A stretch of 64,000 nucleotides of DNA from Perkinsus olseni (GCA_013115125.1 JABANN010000014.1:1-64000), one strand, 5' to 3'. Counted from the first letter of the stretch, positions 1 through 13,927 are shown. Translations and numbers: made by a program. Notes: generated from the letters alone by a model not told the origin.

Positions 1-255
1 TTTTCTCCAAGTTTGGAAAGGAATACTTTCCCTCCACTTGGACTTGGAAAAGTGGGCACTTTAATTGGCTCCAAGTGTGGAATGTCTTCCGCATAGAGAA
101 GGTGAACGGAGGTTGGCAGTTCCATATCACTTTTACGGCGGCCGGTGAAGAACCCTTTACTCGTAAGATCTTCTTTTTTACTCAAAATATTGTTGATGGA
201 GTGCTACATGATCGGCTTTAGGGAATAAACGTACAGAGCGCGGTACACGGTGCTC

Positions 256-276
256 TGAGTTAGAGCCTCTAACTCA
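256..276. repeat. Perfect inverted repeat, 10-bp arms (TGAGTTAGAG-C-CTCTAACTCA)
   Basis: Read directly from the sequence: the arms are exact reverse complements around a 1-nt spacer. Confidence 0.8.
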
Positions 277-1532
277 TCGCGTTTCCCGGAGACGTGGCTC
301 GCTCCCTAGGCTTTGTCAGGACGGAATATCACACTTATCAAAAGTTCTGTTCGAAGGAATATAGGATATTCTTTCAAATCTCCTATTTTCACGCCTGTAT
401 TCATGTTGCGTTCGACGCCAGTGACTTTTTTCCCAGCTTGACACAGTTAGTTTCGAGGTTACGTAAGAACGATCATCGCACTTTCAAAAGAACCATCACA
501 CCTGCGCCTTACGGAATCCCCAAGCGCGAGCTTTACCGATAGACTTGTCAACTTGTGAATCAACGAACTTTCCAACCCAATCGTTACCGTCACCGTGTCC
601 TCTCGGAGGATTGCTCTTGATTGTAGTGAACAGAGCATTGCAATCACCTTCTCCAAGAGGGCCGCCGAACTTACCCTCAGTTAACTCGACCAAATGGCCA
701 AAGAGATTAACTTCACGAAACGCTTCTGCATCTCCCCAGGCGGCCCCTCGGCATGGCCGTACTTAGTCTTCCCTGGGCGCTCACTGGCCACCTCACCACC
801 AGACATTTCCTGACGTGAAGCACGGAATCTGAAACCACTTCTGGCAAAAAGCTCCCAGCATTCTACATCCATGAGCACGGATACGGATATCAGTTGAAGT
901 TGGAGAACTCACCATATCACACGGCTCAAGTGAAGTAAGGGTCAGAACCCTCATCCACGGCCGGTGATAAATGAGGATACTCATTTCAACGGGAATAGGT
1001 CTTCGCATAGGGAGAATGAGAAGGAGCTACCACCTGAAACAACGGGAAAAAGGTTGCTCGAGAGAATACTGCAACGATGCAGTGACTGCATTGCAGTCCT
1101 CCGGCAACGGGTATCTTAGGCTACACAACGCTCAGAGTAGGCAGCCTCATAAGGACCTCGGATCATGTACTACTCTCTCTACTAGCTACAACATCCTCAA
1201 TGCGGCCTCTTCAGACGACGGGATATTCAATACGCCCCAAACGAGCGTTTCTCGAATTGAGACTATCGGGCAAAAAGATGCTGAGAGTGCTCTAGGCCAT
1301 CCGGTGATGTATTGAAAGCGGTTCAACTCAATGCGCATCGACCTCCTGTACAGGCGTCAATCAGGAAACAGAAACTCCACCAGTGACCCACCCTCCACCT
1401 ACCCTATGCCCTGAGGTAGTCAGCAGAGCTATGGTGACCGTGGTCAGACGTGGGAGCATGAGGATCCCGTTCGCGACCCCAAGTGGGGGGGCCCCAACAC
1501 GGACCCGCCAACACGGCAGCTCCAGTGGTGCT

Positions 1533-1602
1533 TCTCGCCTGGTCGAGCGGTAGAACAGCGTGCTTCGCATCCGGAGATCCCAGGTTCAATCCGCGCTGAG
1601 GT
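1533..1602 (+). pseudogene. Degenerate tRNA-like element (tRNA pseudogene or tRNA-derived SINE head)
   Basis: A-box-like TGGTCGAGCGG (1540-1550), anticodon-loop-like CTTCGCA and B box GGTTCAATCC (1583-1592) at tRNA spacing, followed by TTTT. The acceptor, anticodon and T stems pair poorly. Confidence 0.5.
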
Positions 1603-2282
1603 ATTTTGTTAACAGTAGAGCCAAATGGCGTTTATCAGAGCATTACATTTGGGTCGCTCTCTGGAGCCTTTTTAAGAGCATGTTTCTTGACTACGATTCG
1701 AGTTGTCTCTCAGAAAGGCTCCTTGAAAAGGAGCGCGTCTATTGAACAGAATCTTTGAACGGGGCCCTCTTCGCAAGCGCTTTTTAGGTGCGCTCCTGAG
1801 AGGAAACTCAACTTTGACTATTGAAAACTTCGGAACTTCGCGCGGGTGTTCGCTCCCCCGCGCGTGAGTGACTTTCGCATTAGCGCACGCCTTGATCCCT
1901 TAGGCATACATTGATGTTGGGTCGGATTAGAGAGGCATTCGTCACTTAGTCGTAAGAGATCATTTGATTCTCGGGTCATCAAGATCGAGCGCGATCTTCG
2001 AGCCTCCACTCCTGTGCAAGTTGGAGTCACTAGCAGCCAAAGTCCGGTGGGGAGCGCCCGGGCCACACATCGTTGCTGTCCAAGGGACTGGGACTAGAAC
2101 CTCTCTCCCTAACTGATATGTTGCTCACTACAGGGAGTACATCGTCAGCAGCGATGACTTTAGGAGTAAGGGAGCTGTCGCGTGCGTTGGTCGTAGAAAG
2201 GGTTCGGGCCGCTTAGCCTTGCTACAGTTCATCATCATCTTCGACGTTGTAGTTTTTCTTTTATTATCCTATCTTACTTTGA

Positions 2283-5200
2283 ATGCTTCACAGTTGCGCT
2301 CGCAGGACTCTGTTGAATCTTGGAGCTTCCCAACTCGCGAGGTCGAGTTTGCGGGTTGCCGCCGTCCGCAACTTCTCCGTCTTCTCTCGGCTCAACGGCC
2401 TCCACCATACCAAGGCTGCTGCGACCCCTGCTACCGTTGTCGGTCAGCAGACCAAGCTCGACAAGGATTTTCTCATCTACGGAATCAGACCGTCTTCTGA
2501 ACGGACTATCATGAGGAACGTCACATCTGGATCACTGTAGTGCTAGTGCCGTCCTCGTACTCGTCGTCTTAGTCATGCATGCTGGTTAGGTACGAGAGTG
2601 CCCTTCGTCATGAAACTGGGACTAAGATAACGAGCTGTGGAGCGCTTGCTGTCTATAGTGGAGCTAAGACCGGCCGGAGTCCCAGTGAGTGTCCAAGGCG
2701 GTTACTCGCTCGCTCGCCCAAGTACGTGCTCATCAGGCGATAAACGGATTGTCGACAACGCCAGTGAGGACTATAATGATGACATCTGGTGGGGGAAGAT
2801 CAATCACAAACTCAGCCCTGAGAGCTTCCAGACCTTGAAAGCAGAGTAAGTCGAAGCAGCCCTGTGTTCGTCGGCTTTCAGATCGTATTCCTTTCTGTCT
2901 CAGCGCTATCAACTACCTGGGCGGGCGTGATGAGCTTTACGTCGTTGACGGTTACGCTGGTTGGGATCCTGAGTACAGAATCAAGGTAGTGCCCGTCTGA
3001 ATGGTGGCATAGTAGAGTCGGAGAGGATGCTTCAGATACGAGTTGTTGCCAGCCGAGCTTACCATGCCCTGTTTATGGAGAACATGCTGGTGATGCCCCC
3101 GCCGGAGGAGCTGGAAGGTTTCCAACCTGACTTCGTCATTTTCAACGCTGGTCAGTGCAAGGCTAATCGGTGAGGAACGGTCTTGGCAGTCAGGCTATGG
3201 TCACTCGGTTGTTGTTAGTAACATCGAAGGGCTCACCTCTGATACATCGGTAGCTGTGAACTTCAAGACCAATGAGATGGTTATCATGGGCACTGAGTAT
3301 CGTACTACTTGGCTATGGAGAAAGAGTACAGCGTGCTTTTGTTAGATACGCTGGCGAGATGAAGAAGGGTATTCTTACACTGATGATGCAAGCCATGCCG
3401 CACAAGTTCGGACAGCTGCCTCTGCATTCAAGCTGTAATATTCAGGTAATAGTCATCATCCGATGGTTCTGCTGGTGATGGTGTTTTCCTATGGTTCAGA
3501 AGGACCCGGACACTGGGAAGCCGACGAACTGTACTTTATTTTTTGGACTCTCTGGTACTGGAAAGACAACTCTCTCTGCTGATCCATCTCGTTACTTGAT
3601 TGGTGATGATGAGCATGTGTGGACTGACAAAGGCGTGTTTAACGTCGAAGGTGGCTGTTACGCTAAGGCCATAGGGCTCACCAGAGAGACTGAGCCTGAG
3701 ATCTACAATGCTATCCGTTTTGGAACAGTAGGGGGAAGTGTGGTATGCATGTTGTGATGCTGCTGCTTTGTTAGGTGCTAGAGAACGTGAAAGTAGACCC
3801 TCGTACTCGTGAAGTAGATTTCAACGACACCTCTATCACTGAGAATACTCGGTGTAGCTATCCTTTAGATTATATCGAAAATTCGCATATACCTGCCAAG
3901 GTAGCAATGAGGCCCCTCCTGTTGTTGCTGTATGGACTTTTTCAGGTTGACATCCACCCGTCTAATGTAATACTGCTCACTTGTGACGCCTTTGGGGTAC
4001 TCCCTCCAGTGAGTGTTCTCACTCCTGACCAAGTCCAGTATTACTTTGTCTCGGGATACACAGCCAAGGTCGCAGGTAGCGTGTTCGATCAGGGATACTC
4101 TACTGGCAGCAGTTGAGTCTATCAGGCACTGAGGACGGTATCACTGAGCCAGTGGCTACGTTCTCCTCATGCTTCGGAGCGCCCTTCCTGGTCTGGCACC
4201 CTACAGTGTATGCCGAGATGTTAGCCGACAAGCTACAGAAGCACCACTGTAATAATCCCTAGGTCATCACCATCTCACGGATCTGGACTACTCTTATGTC
4301 AGGCTCAGCATTCCTATTGAACACGGGATGGACCGGTGGTAGCTACACTAACGGCGGGAGCCGTATTAAATTAGAGTAGCCGGCCGCCTCTCAGGGACGC
4401 TCATTCATGACGGCGATACAGGTACACCCGTAAAATGATCGATGCGATCCATGACGGGACGCTCAAGGCGATGGTGGACGCCAATGAGCTGGTATCAACT
4501 CCGATTTTCGGACTCAGGGTACTCTCGGGGCCAACTTGGTCGCTACGCGGTGATGCTCAATACCGCTCGCTTGGAATACGCGAAATCGTAAAACTTTAGA
4601 CCGTAATTCGCGTGTGGAACTGAATCGCTTTGGCTGTGGTCCGCTGCCGATGAAGTTCACGGATGTCTAGTTTCTGCAATACACAAATAATAATAAATAG
4701 TCTTAGCGCTTATCGTCCACCGCTTATTGCTTCGTCCTAGGTGCACAGTATCTTCATCCTGCTTGACTCTGTAGCGTCTTTCTGTATCTTTTGTGTGGCA
4801 GATTCCTAAGTCGCTGCCTGGTATACCCAGTGAAGTACTTGACCCTGCCAACGGTTGGGCTGATCAGGAGGCCTACCTCCAACAGCTCGAGCGTCTGGCC
4901 GGACTTTTCAATAAGAATTTCCAAGAATATGCCTCGAAGTGCCCTCCTGAGGTGGCCGCCGCTGGCCCTGGCCTGCCCGTAGAGAACAGTGCTGACGGAC
5001 AGCGGACGGAGAAGTCCCATTCAATCGTAATGAACCCTGGCGCGAAGAGGAACTACAAATCCACGATGGTGAAGGATGAGGTAGTAGTGGTTGATGAGAT
5101 CCACGGTCGAAGCATGGTGTACTCATTTCTCCTGGTCAGTTGTGATGATCCTCTTATTAAAATACCCGAGACTGCCGACAAGCCTCTGCGCTATCCTGTG

Positions 5201-5385
5201 AGAGGTCAGTAGCCGGAGACCCTACACTGTTGTATGCTCATTCTCAGGTTTCACTGATCAGTCCCTTGATTATGAGGAAGCTGTTCTTTCCCGATACCTG
5301 TTAGTATCCCCTCGGTCGCCCTCGTGAGAGCGGCTATGCTTCCCTCGCGGCGGCCTCATCTTTCTTTAATCGCAGTGTAACATAA
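2283..5385 (+). CDS. PEPCK: Phosphoenolpyruvate carboxykinase (ATP), multi-exon, with N-terminal mitochondrial-type leader; 3' end after ~4980 uncertain
   Basis: Spliced motifs [31 protein letters not shown] (P-loop), [40 protein letters not shown] and [10 protein letters not shown]. The N-terminus is rich in Arg/Leu/Ser and free of acidic residues. Confidence 0.95.
4547..4628 (+). ncRNA. Possible intronic box C/D snoRNA (weak candidate)
   Basis: Lies in the unusually long PEPCK intron (~4519-4801). C-like box GTGATGC, D box CTGA (4620-4623), terminal stem GCGG(T)/(A)TCGC and internal hairpin ACGCGAA/TTCGCGT. No guide target identified. Confidence 0.2.
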
Positions 5386-5722
5386 AAGCCTTTTTTCTGG
5401 TGAAGGTGAAGACTGTTGACGCTCTTCCGCGTCACTACTTGTACTACAATTCTAATTACGAAGAAGCGTGATATCCTAGATTTTGGACTATCGTAACGAT
5501 ATTAAGGGATCTTTCACAGCTCTACTCCCTCTGCCGGTGGTACAGCTCTTGGTACTACTGTAGTCAGCGACCACGCAGTTGGTACTATTGGATGCTTTGT
5601 GATGATTGGTAGTGTTGAGTTTCAGTGCCGGCAATGGCAGGCGAAGGTGTGGGGTGAAACAGCGGCCTTTACCGAGGGTACTCGGGATTCTTGGTGGTAC
5701 CTTTCAGCTTGCTCGGTGCAAG

Positions 5723-8700
5723 ATGCAACTTACCGATGCTGATGCTGTCAATGGTTCGACAGTATCCTCGGCCTCCACTGAGGCCCCCATCACTAGAGCT
5801 GTCGATGCGTTGTTGAACCAGGAAGGGGCCCACTCGATCGATATGGCCCTGCCGTGCATCGACATGGCTAGTTTGGATGCTCCTGTTGGATTCAGTATCG
5901 GTGGAGAGACCCCTGTGCCTCCGGCCATACAGCAGCACTTCAGTCGGGCAGTGTAGGCTGCTGCTGCTGTTGCTGCTGGCATCCCCCTTTGGGTGTCATC
6001 TGCCTTGTAGGTACAAGACCAACGTCGGCCTGCATGCACCCTTGTCACTCTTGTGGATGGCGGTGGATGACACGCTCTATCTTTGGAACTTTTCCAATGG
6101 TTCCCATACTTCAATACGTACGGCAAGGGGAGGCAATACGTCGATGCTCGCATTAGGACGAAACTCTCCTCGCTGTAGTGGTATTAGCTGTATCTACTAC
6201 TGTTGCCGACCTTCAGGGATGGACGGTGTTATCCTCACCTGCGCTATCGGCGAGCCTCGCGCTGGTGTCTTCGGAGACGTGGATCATGTAGGACCGTTCC
6301 TAGCTTCATCGCTTTTGGATCCTATGCGGGCACCTCAGATACTTGCGGTTGTGACTGAGAGCACGGCATCGATACTTAGTCTTTCTGCGGATGCTAATGG
6401 AGTGCTCCTGATTGACGTCCTTGAAGGAAATCAAGGAGGCCGATACTCGGTAGTAGCGGAAGCTGTGGTACGAGTAATGTTGCAGTTGAGGTCGGCCTCG
6501 CTTTGAGAGCTTCATGGCTCCTCGTAGACCCGCTGCGTCTCTTATTCTCGTACACCGTCATCCGTTGGGCATCGCTCGACTCTTGCGAATGTTCAGGCCG
6601 CCCTCTCGAAGGCTGTTGCATCCACGGTGACGCGAGTTACTGTCACCAGAGGCGGGAGGATCCTCCTATGGGGACCATCCGTCGAGAACGGCGTGTATGA
6701 GCTGGTCTATCAGCGATCCCCCGGCTGGGTTACTAGCCGGACCTACCTCTCTCGGTGAGCCTCGCAAGGAAGATGCGCTCCGGAGGGATTCTATCGGCAG
6801 GCACACGTTCACACGGAAGGGTATCTTTGGTCGAGCGTTGGGGTGGATAATGCCGGCGCCTACTGCTGCTCCTCTGAGCGGGGTGCCTGCCACTGCGCCA
6901 TCCGGGAAGCATCATCAAGAGGAAATCTTTGCTGTTGGCGGAAGCGACGTCGAAGAGACCTTGGTCTATGCCAGCGTTATCAATAGGGAAGGTAGTGGGG
7001 TTGATGGGTGGATCCCTCATGGCGAACCGGTGCGAGGAAAATATTCGGAAGGCTCGCTTCGCCTACAGTGGTGCTACTAGGCAGTCGCGTAGCAGTGCAC
7101 TCATACACCCATCTCTCCCATAGGCTGGCTCGGTGTATTCTCCCTCAACGTGAACACTAACGGCCCCTGCGAGTCCGAGTGCCTGGGGTGGCTCTCGAAG
7201 CAGAGTATGGAGGAGGCCTTGCGGAACGCTGGAGCCCCACGGACAGCAGAGGGTAGTGCAATCGGTGGGAAGCTTCGGCATGATGGTTCGTGATCAGTAT
7301 CGATCCACAGTGTAATCCCGATGACGGCCGCTGACGGGTCTCCTCTGTGTATGCTCGTCACCACTCAAGGGGACAGGCTACTTGTTCATGCTCATCGTGA
7401 GAAGGAGACGGTATGGCCTACGACTGGGCTCACTTTGGTCACAGTTCCGTTATTAGTCGCCCTTCACCATCTCTGTGGTATCGGTGTCTCCATCGGGTGG
7501 TACTGACACCGCAGCACTGGGGACAGCCGTTCCCTTGGGGAAGCGCCGACGTACGTGGCCTCCTCTGCTCCACTTTTTACGGGCTACTACTCAGGACGGC
7601 TAGGCGGCGACAAGCCCGTTCAACTTTCGTCCACGACTGATGTCATCTACTACAACAACGGTCTCACGTTGATAGCCACAGCGAACGATAAGTGTGTCCG
7701 TATTGGCGCTGTGGGTAAGTAGACCTCTGCTTGTTGTCATCCCGGCGGTATCGTTATTAATAGGTTTCGCTCCTAAGGGCGAGATGGACGCCCTCACGTC
7801 GGGGCCATTCGCGGAGTATGTCGCGACCGTGGAGCTTCGTGGCCAGGTGGAGTCGGCTTCCAACGCGACACGTCCATCTTCGAGCCCTCTGTGCAGGTGC
7901 TGGCTCTCGGGTCTGTCTCAGAGGAGGTAGAGTCCCGCGCTACAGTGGGGCGTCGCAGGACTCGTCGTTGCTGGGTTCTCACTACCATGGGAGTTAGCCC
8001 CCTCACACTGGTGAGCCCGCCTTCTAAGTGCCCCTCATCGTGCAATGATCGTCTATCAGTTTTCCACTTCTGGGTATGAGTTCTCTGGCTCGGACGGCCT
8101 AACGACAGCGCCCGGGGACTCTGCTGAGGAAGTGGCCGATTGGTTCAGAGCTCTAGCAGAGCGAGGCTCCATCAGCTCAGTGTCGGCCCACATGTGGGAC
8201 TGGTAGTGCCACTGTAGGTCGCTGAACAACAGTAGCGTCGTTGCTTGGCAGTTCCGATGTCTATGTGGCAGCCTACGCCTCCCAGTGTGAGTATCTGTCA
8301 AGGGTGGGCCGTATTGAGCCTACGCACGTTGGACGGTGGATGAAGGGGCTGCTGATGTAGTGGCTATTTGGAGAGTCTATCGCTAGGATGATCGGACACC
8401 GTTAGATACCTCTCTTGCGATCTTTGGCCGATCTGGTCTCGGCCAATTTTGCGGCGCGCGGGAAAGAAGTCATCCAAGTCGCAGATAGGCCTTGGTGTCA
8501 GCGTGGCTCACGCCTCTGTCCCTGAGCTGGAGGTCCTCATCGGCCGACTCAAAACCGTGGGCAAATTTGTAGGCAGATCACCGCGGCGATTCCCTCCGAT
8601 TGAAACACTCTCCTCAGGTGGCCGGGGTATGCAGCTTGCTTGAGAAAAGCCGGGTCGGCCCTTTGAATGCTGAACACCTTCCCGCGTACAAGCGCCGGCA

Positions 8701-11700
8701 ACTAGTAGAAGTGGAAACCAACCAAAGAGACCATACTATGGTAGTGCAGGCTGTCGTCGCCCCTCTCTCGCTTAGGCCTCTGGGGGTCGTTATCCTTGCT
8801 TTCAGGCTCGGTATACTACCTTGCTCTGCTCCATCCGAGACTCGATCGGCTTGACGTCGGAGACTTTGTCGTTGCTGGTGATACTGCAAACGGGCATTCA
8901 TTCCGGCTATCGGATTCTCAACGACCACAACAACGACCATTGGATCGGTACACAGTCAACCCTGACTGGCTGCCCTCCTAACACCTCCCGGATCAGATAC
9001 TCTCTGCGAGACGCCGCTCTCCTCTGTGATCGAAGCTGGCCCGCAGTGGACGCAGAGCCGGTCTGCGCTATCACTGCTAGCATCGGCTATGCTGAGGGAG
9101 TCAGGGTGCTCTAAGGACGTGGTTGAGGCAGTCTCCCGCCTGTGCCCCACAGTAGGGACATCGACCCCGTATTCAGTAGTGGTACTGGCTGCCCCTGCAG
9201 ATCCTCGGCCATGTTGACGCAGCTGCGGTGACTGCAGATCGACCAATGGGCGCTGTGAAGGGCGATGCCACGAGGGAACTGTTGGTAGATTGGACCCCAC
9301 TGTGCTCCCCTCAGAAGTTCTCCCACCTTAGGTCTCACATCTCTCTACTATACTCTCCTCACCGGCCCTCCAAGAGCTGCCAGAATCTCTCGCCAGCCTT
9401 CGACGGTTGGCAGCTTATGACCCCAAGGGCGCCTTCGATCAGCTCCTCATGAAGTGCACTGAGGTACTGTCTCTCAAAGAACCATAGCTTATCGATACCA
9501 TTGCTATCGTTATTCCCGTAGAAGACTAGCTGTTCTCGCTAGGTCAGCGAGAAGGCGGTCGAAGCCGTGCTGGATGGCGCCGCTCCGATGATGAGCAACA
9601 ACTCCCAATGCCTCACTGACGTAGGTCTTGAACTCAGTGCTCTGTCGTAGAGCCCCCTAGGTCCTGTACGCCTGCGGTGAACTCGCCACTGGAAGCTGCC
9701 CTCGGGCCCTCATGATCGCCTTGGGACGAGTCATCGGCACACCAGGGCTTGCCGAGGCCATTACTAAGGTAGGGCTCACCTGGTAGGCCATCGGGTAGGG
9801 TATCCTGGGACGTCAGATACCCTCTGCTAATATCGTTAATAGGGTGCTGTTGATACTGAACGATGCCCTACATGGCGAGGAGGCCCCTGCCGAAGGTGGT
9901 CTCGTTCTGGAACCAGTAGCCGCTGGAGAGCTCTTACAGGCGGTATATGTCCTTCGCGGGAAGCATGTGAAGGCAGCAACAGTAGGACAAGAGGGGAATG
10001 ATGTGCTCATGGTGACTGCAGCAGTCTCGCTTCCACGTCCCCCGCTCGCCCCAGCCATCATCGGCAATCGTAAGGCATTGCCTGGATCACACTAACTCTG
10101 ATATAGTTCCAGTACTGAGATAAAGATCTCAGATGACCGTGTCCATAATTTCTTATGCAAAGACTAATGCTGAGCGATACCGTCTGTCAGACGACACGAC
10201 ACCATGGAGTCGTCTCCACCGTCTGCTGCCATCTCTGTCGCAGGTATTGCGAAGCCTATCGACTATTCGCTCGCCGGGGGTCACACTGGAACAGAGGAAG
10301 CGTTGGCTCCAATCGGCTGTGGATTGTCTGAGGGTGGCCAATGAGGAGAAGTCCGAGCTAGCGGTGAGTAGTGCGAGCTTATCGACCCGCCATTGAGGTC
10401 CCTCCCTCGGCAGGTCCAGATGGGCTACATACTCTGCACCACGACCTACGTCCAGTTGCCAATGCTTCGTGAGACGGAGTACATGCTCAAACACGCCCAT
10501 AGTCATGCTGGGTAGTGCCAACTAACCGAGATTAGGACCACTTCACACGCTTGCCGTAGGTCAATGACCTGGTCTAAGGAAGCGACGGCGGCGAGTGAGG
10601 AGCTGGCAGGGGAACTGCTGCCTCTCAGCACATTGTGAGGCCCTTCCCTTCCAACTCCGTTGAGGTCGAGTCTCTCCCAGGTTCACGTGGGCCAACAAGC
10701 TCCGCTTCCCACAGTTCCAGATGGTCTGCGTGACCAATTCCTTGCAGCAGACCGCCGTGTCTTCTGACGGTAGGGCCTCCTTACTACTGTACCAAAGCTG
10801 ATCAGTCTCATGCAGATATCCTATACTACTGGGTCACCGTCTGCTTCCCCCCGCCGGACGGGCCCTACTGCCGCCTCTCAGCGATGCCGTAAGAGCCCCG
10901 ACCTTGAGTACCTGTGCCGTTATCGTTTGTCGTAGGTTCCGTAAGCCGGCGGACCTCATGGGCTACCTGCTCTACCCCGGTCGGGACGTATCCTTCTTCA
11001 TGAGATATGACGATGAAAGTCAGAGTAGTTCCAGAGCGAATGGAGACAGCCAGGACTTCGTGGGAGCCGCTAAGAGGTGGATAGTCGAGGGAGCAATCGG
11101 TGGTCAAGAGATCGGTTGCACCTGGTTGGGTTCAGGTTCTGTGGAGAGCTGTGCCAGATCGCCGAAGCCTGTCGGAATGGTAGTAGCGGAGATTGAACAC
11201 CGCATCCCAGGGAATGAAGTCAGATACGGTCTTCCAAGCTGAGATCGTCGCGGCTGTTTTGGAGTACTGCCATGCTGTAGTCAGGGAGTACAAGGGAGAG
11301 CAGGATGATGAGAATGATAACGTATGCTTACCGTGAAGGGCCATCCCCAGGAGCATTGTGCCCTCCTCAGATACTGGCTATTTGCCGTGGAGTGGTCTAT
11401 GAGTTCTGCGGTGTCTCCCTACGCTCCCTATTGACCATCTATGAGCACCTCGAGAGTACACACAGTAAGGCCCGCCATATGCTACCATCTGTGGATTGAC
11501 TAAACCCTCCTTAGAAACTTGGCTCCGACGTATTCGAGACCACATGCCCTCAGCAGCGGCACGATCGCCCCTTCATCTGCACCACACAAAGGTGAGGGAA
11601 CTCCGTGAGGGATCTCGTGGCGAAGTGCTCCCTGCTGTAGGTCCAAGCTCACATGCGGCTGGTTCTAGAGGCCCTACGGTCCTGGGTGCGAGATGAGGAA

Positions 11701-11790
11701 GATCGTCTGCTGGACCGGAGCCAAGGTCTGCCGGCGCTTGGAGGCCCTCGCGGTTCGAACCCTCCCGCAGCCGTTGCAGGACTTACGTAA
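5723..11790 (+). CDS. NUP155: Nucleoporin Nup155/Nup170-like, many exons
   Basis: The N-terminal segments PVPPAIQQHF..VGLHAPLSLLWMAVDDTLYLWNF..GMDGVILTCAIGEPRAGVF..ILAVVT match the start of the Nup155 beta-propeller. VTLEQRKRWLQSAV..ELLPLSTL resembles the C-terminal helical region. The end is approximate. Confidence 0.8.
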
Positions 11791-11977
11791 CACTAATGTT
11801 AATCGGAACGCTACTACCAACGTTTCCAATGCCGCTCTGAGTGTTTGACTTCTGCGGGGCCCTGATCGCTTCCGGCGGAACGGCTAACGCCTGATGACGC
11901 GTATTCGATTGTTCCTGGTTTGTTGTTTCGTCGGCTCCCACTCGTCTCTAAGAGTGCCGGTGCTGTGATCAGACTAA

Positions 11978-13715
11978 ATGACATCCCCCAGCGGCGCCAC
12001 ACAGGCAGCAGCGACTCTCGCCGCCGCCCTACAGGAGCAGCAGGAGCCGCCTCCTGCCGATGGCCTGGAGCCTAATCACGTTCAGCTTATCCGTAATACA
12101 GCCTTGGGCGTTATACGTAACGGTCCTCAATTCGCTGAATGGTTGCAAACCAAACGTCGTGGAGATAAACAGTACACTTTCCTCTTCAAGGGACTCGGGC
12201 ATGACTACTATCAGTGGTGTCTGTCTAATCCTGAGGAGTGTAAACGATTGGAGGATGCCGCGCAGGAGCAGCAGGCTGATGCGGAGTCGGATTCTGATGC
12301 AAGCGATAGTGGCTCTGAGTCGGACAGGAGCTCGAGGAGCAGGGACAGGAAGCGAAGGTCTAGGTCCCGATCTCGAAATCGCCGCCGTCCACGCAGCCGA
12401 TCCCGCCGTAGCAGGCGCTCAGGCAGCCGACAAAGGCATCATTCGCGGTCTCGCAGAAGGAGGTCCCCTCCGCCGTCATCTTGGCGAAGGCGCGACGCTG
12501 AACGGAGCCGTTATAGGAGAAGATCGAGATCTCGTAGGAGATCGCGCTCGCCCCGAAGCAGAGGTCGGTCTGGATCCAGGAACCGACGCGTGGAACGATC
12601 GAGCGAATCCAGAGAGAGGTTCCTAACGAAGGCTCGGGAGTGGTCGGCGGAGCGAAGGAAGAGATCGGAAAGTAGGATTAGGCGTATCAAAGAGAGGGAC
12701 GAGGAGAGGGAGAGGGAGCGCGCCAGGGAACTACCAACCCAGAGCTCTATGTTCCGTGATCGTCAGCCGCGCGGTTATCGTCCAGGACGGGATTATGAGA
12801 GGAGACCCTTGGGAGGGAAGGGCATGGGGAGCAGCTCCTGGAACAGAAGTCCGTCGGCAAGGCAGGTCGCCCCTCGTCGTCCGAAGCCAGTCAAGGCGAA
12901 TAAGATGTATGGGTGGAGTGATGATGAGTACGTAGAAGGGGAGAGCCCGAAATCTGATGGTGATAATAATGTTGTTGAACACCTCCCTGCACGAGAGCAC
13001 GTCATACCTGATGAGGCGAAGGGGTGGTATAGGGGCTCGGACAATCGATGGAGACGGGCTAGGATCACAACAACGCCTGTATTGACCGTGAAATTAGATC
13101 ATAAAGGGCAAGTCGTTCACGCTAAGAGCAGTGCTGAGCGTCTCGCTATGTTGAAGTCGAAGCTGCTGTCGGGGGGGAAGAAGGCGGACGAGAAGGATGA
13201 ATCGCCTACTATATCCTCCCCTTCGAAGAAGGCCGAGGCTGCTGCTGTTACTTCCAATGAACAGACGTTGCGGGATCCTAGTGAAGGAAGGGAGGCAGAT
13301 ACTGAAGGCGACACTCCGAAGGCGTCGAGGGTGAAGGTGAGTGCAGATAAACGGAAGGCCCGTAGCAGTACCATAAACGACGACGAGGAGAAGGAGAACG
13401 GTGAGAAATCACGTAAGCGAAGAAAGGCTACCGAGGAGGAGGAAAAATCGCAGGTTGAAGAGCAGGAGGCGGATGATAAGAAATATCCGAAAAGGAAGCT
13501 CTCACTATCACCGAGGAAGGGGGTAGTACTCTGGCTGTGGGTTCAGCTTCGTCTACGGGTTGGCTTCTTTAGGCGTCCTCGTCACCTTCGGTGGAGGCTC
13601 GACAGAAACAACTCCGTGACAAGTTATTGGGATCGAAGCGGAGCAGGTAGAGGAGCTCTCTCTGCGTACGTGTCTGTTCCACCGTTGTTTTTTCAGTGAT
13701 GAAGGGACTGCCTGA
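11978..13715 (+). CDS. SURP/SWAP-domain protein with RS-rich region (splicing factor-like)
   Basis: LIRNTALGVIRNGPQFAEWLQTKRRGDKQYTFLFKGLGHDYYQW matches the SURP consensus. A long RS/RD dipeptide tract follows, and two short 3' introns are predicted. Confidence 0.85.
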
Positions 13716-13927
13716 CGACGACTATGATGATGATGTGTAACAATGCTACGGCCGAGTAAGCTGAGATGGTTAAAGGCTGCTTTTTCCGCTACAGAAGTGT
13801 CTTGCGTTTCTGAGTACCACTGCGCATCTCAGCGACTAACACGCTGGAAGTTCCGAAAAGTGTGGTATTGAGTCGAAGCTAGGGCTTAACGCAACAATCC
13901 CGTACGGTATGAAAACCATGTTTATTA

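Noticed and set aside
1533-1602. Functional tRNA (Ala-CGC or Arg-TCG)
   Set aside because: The anticodon, T and acceptor stems have multiple mismatches.
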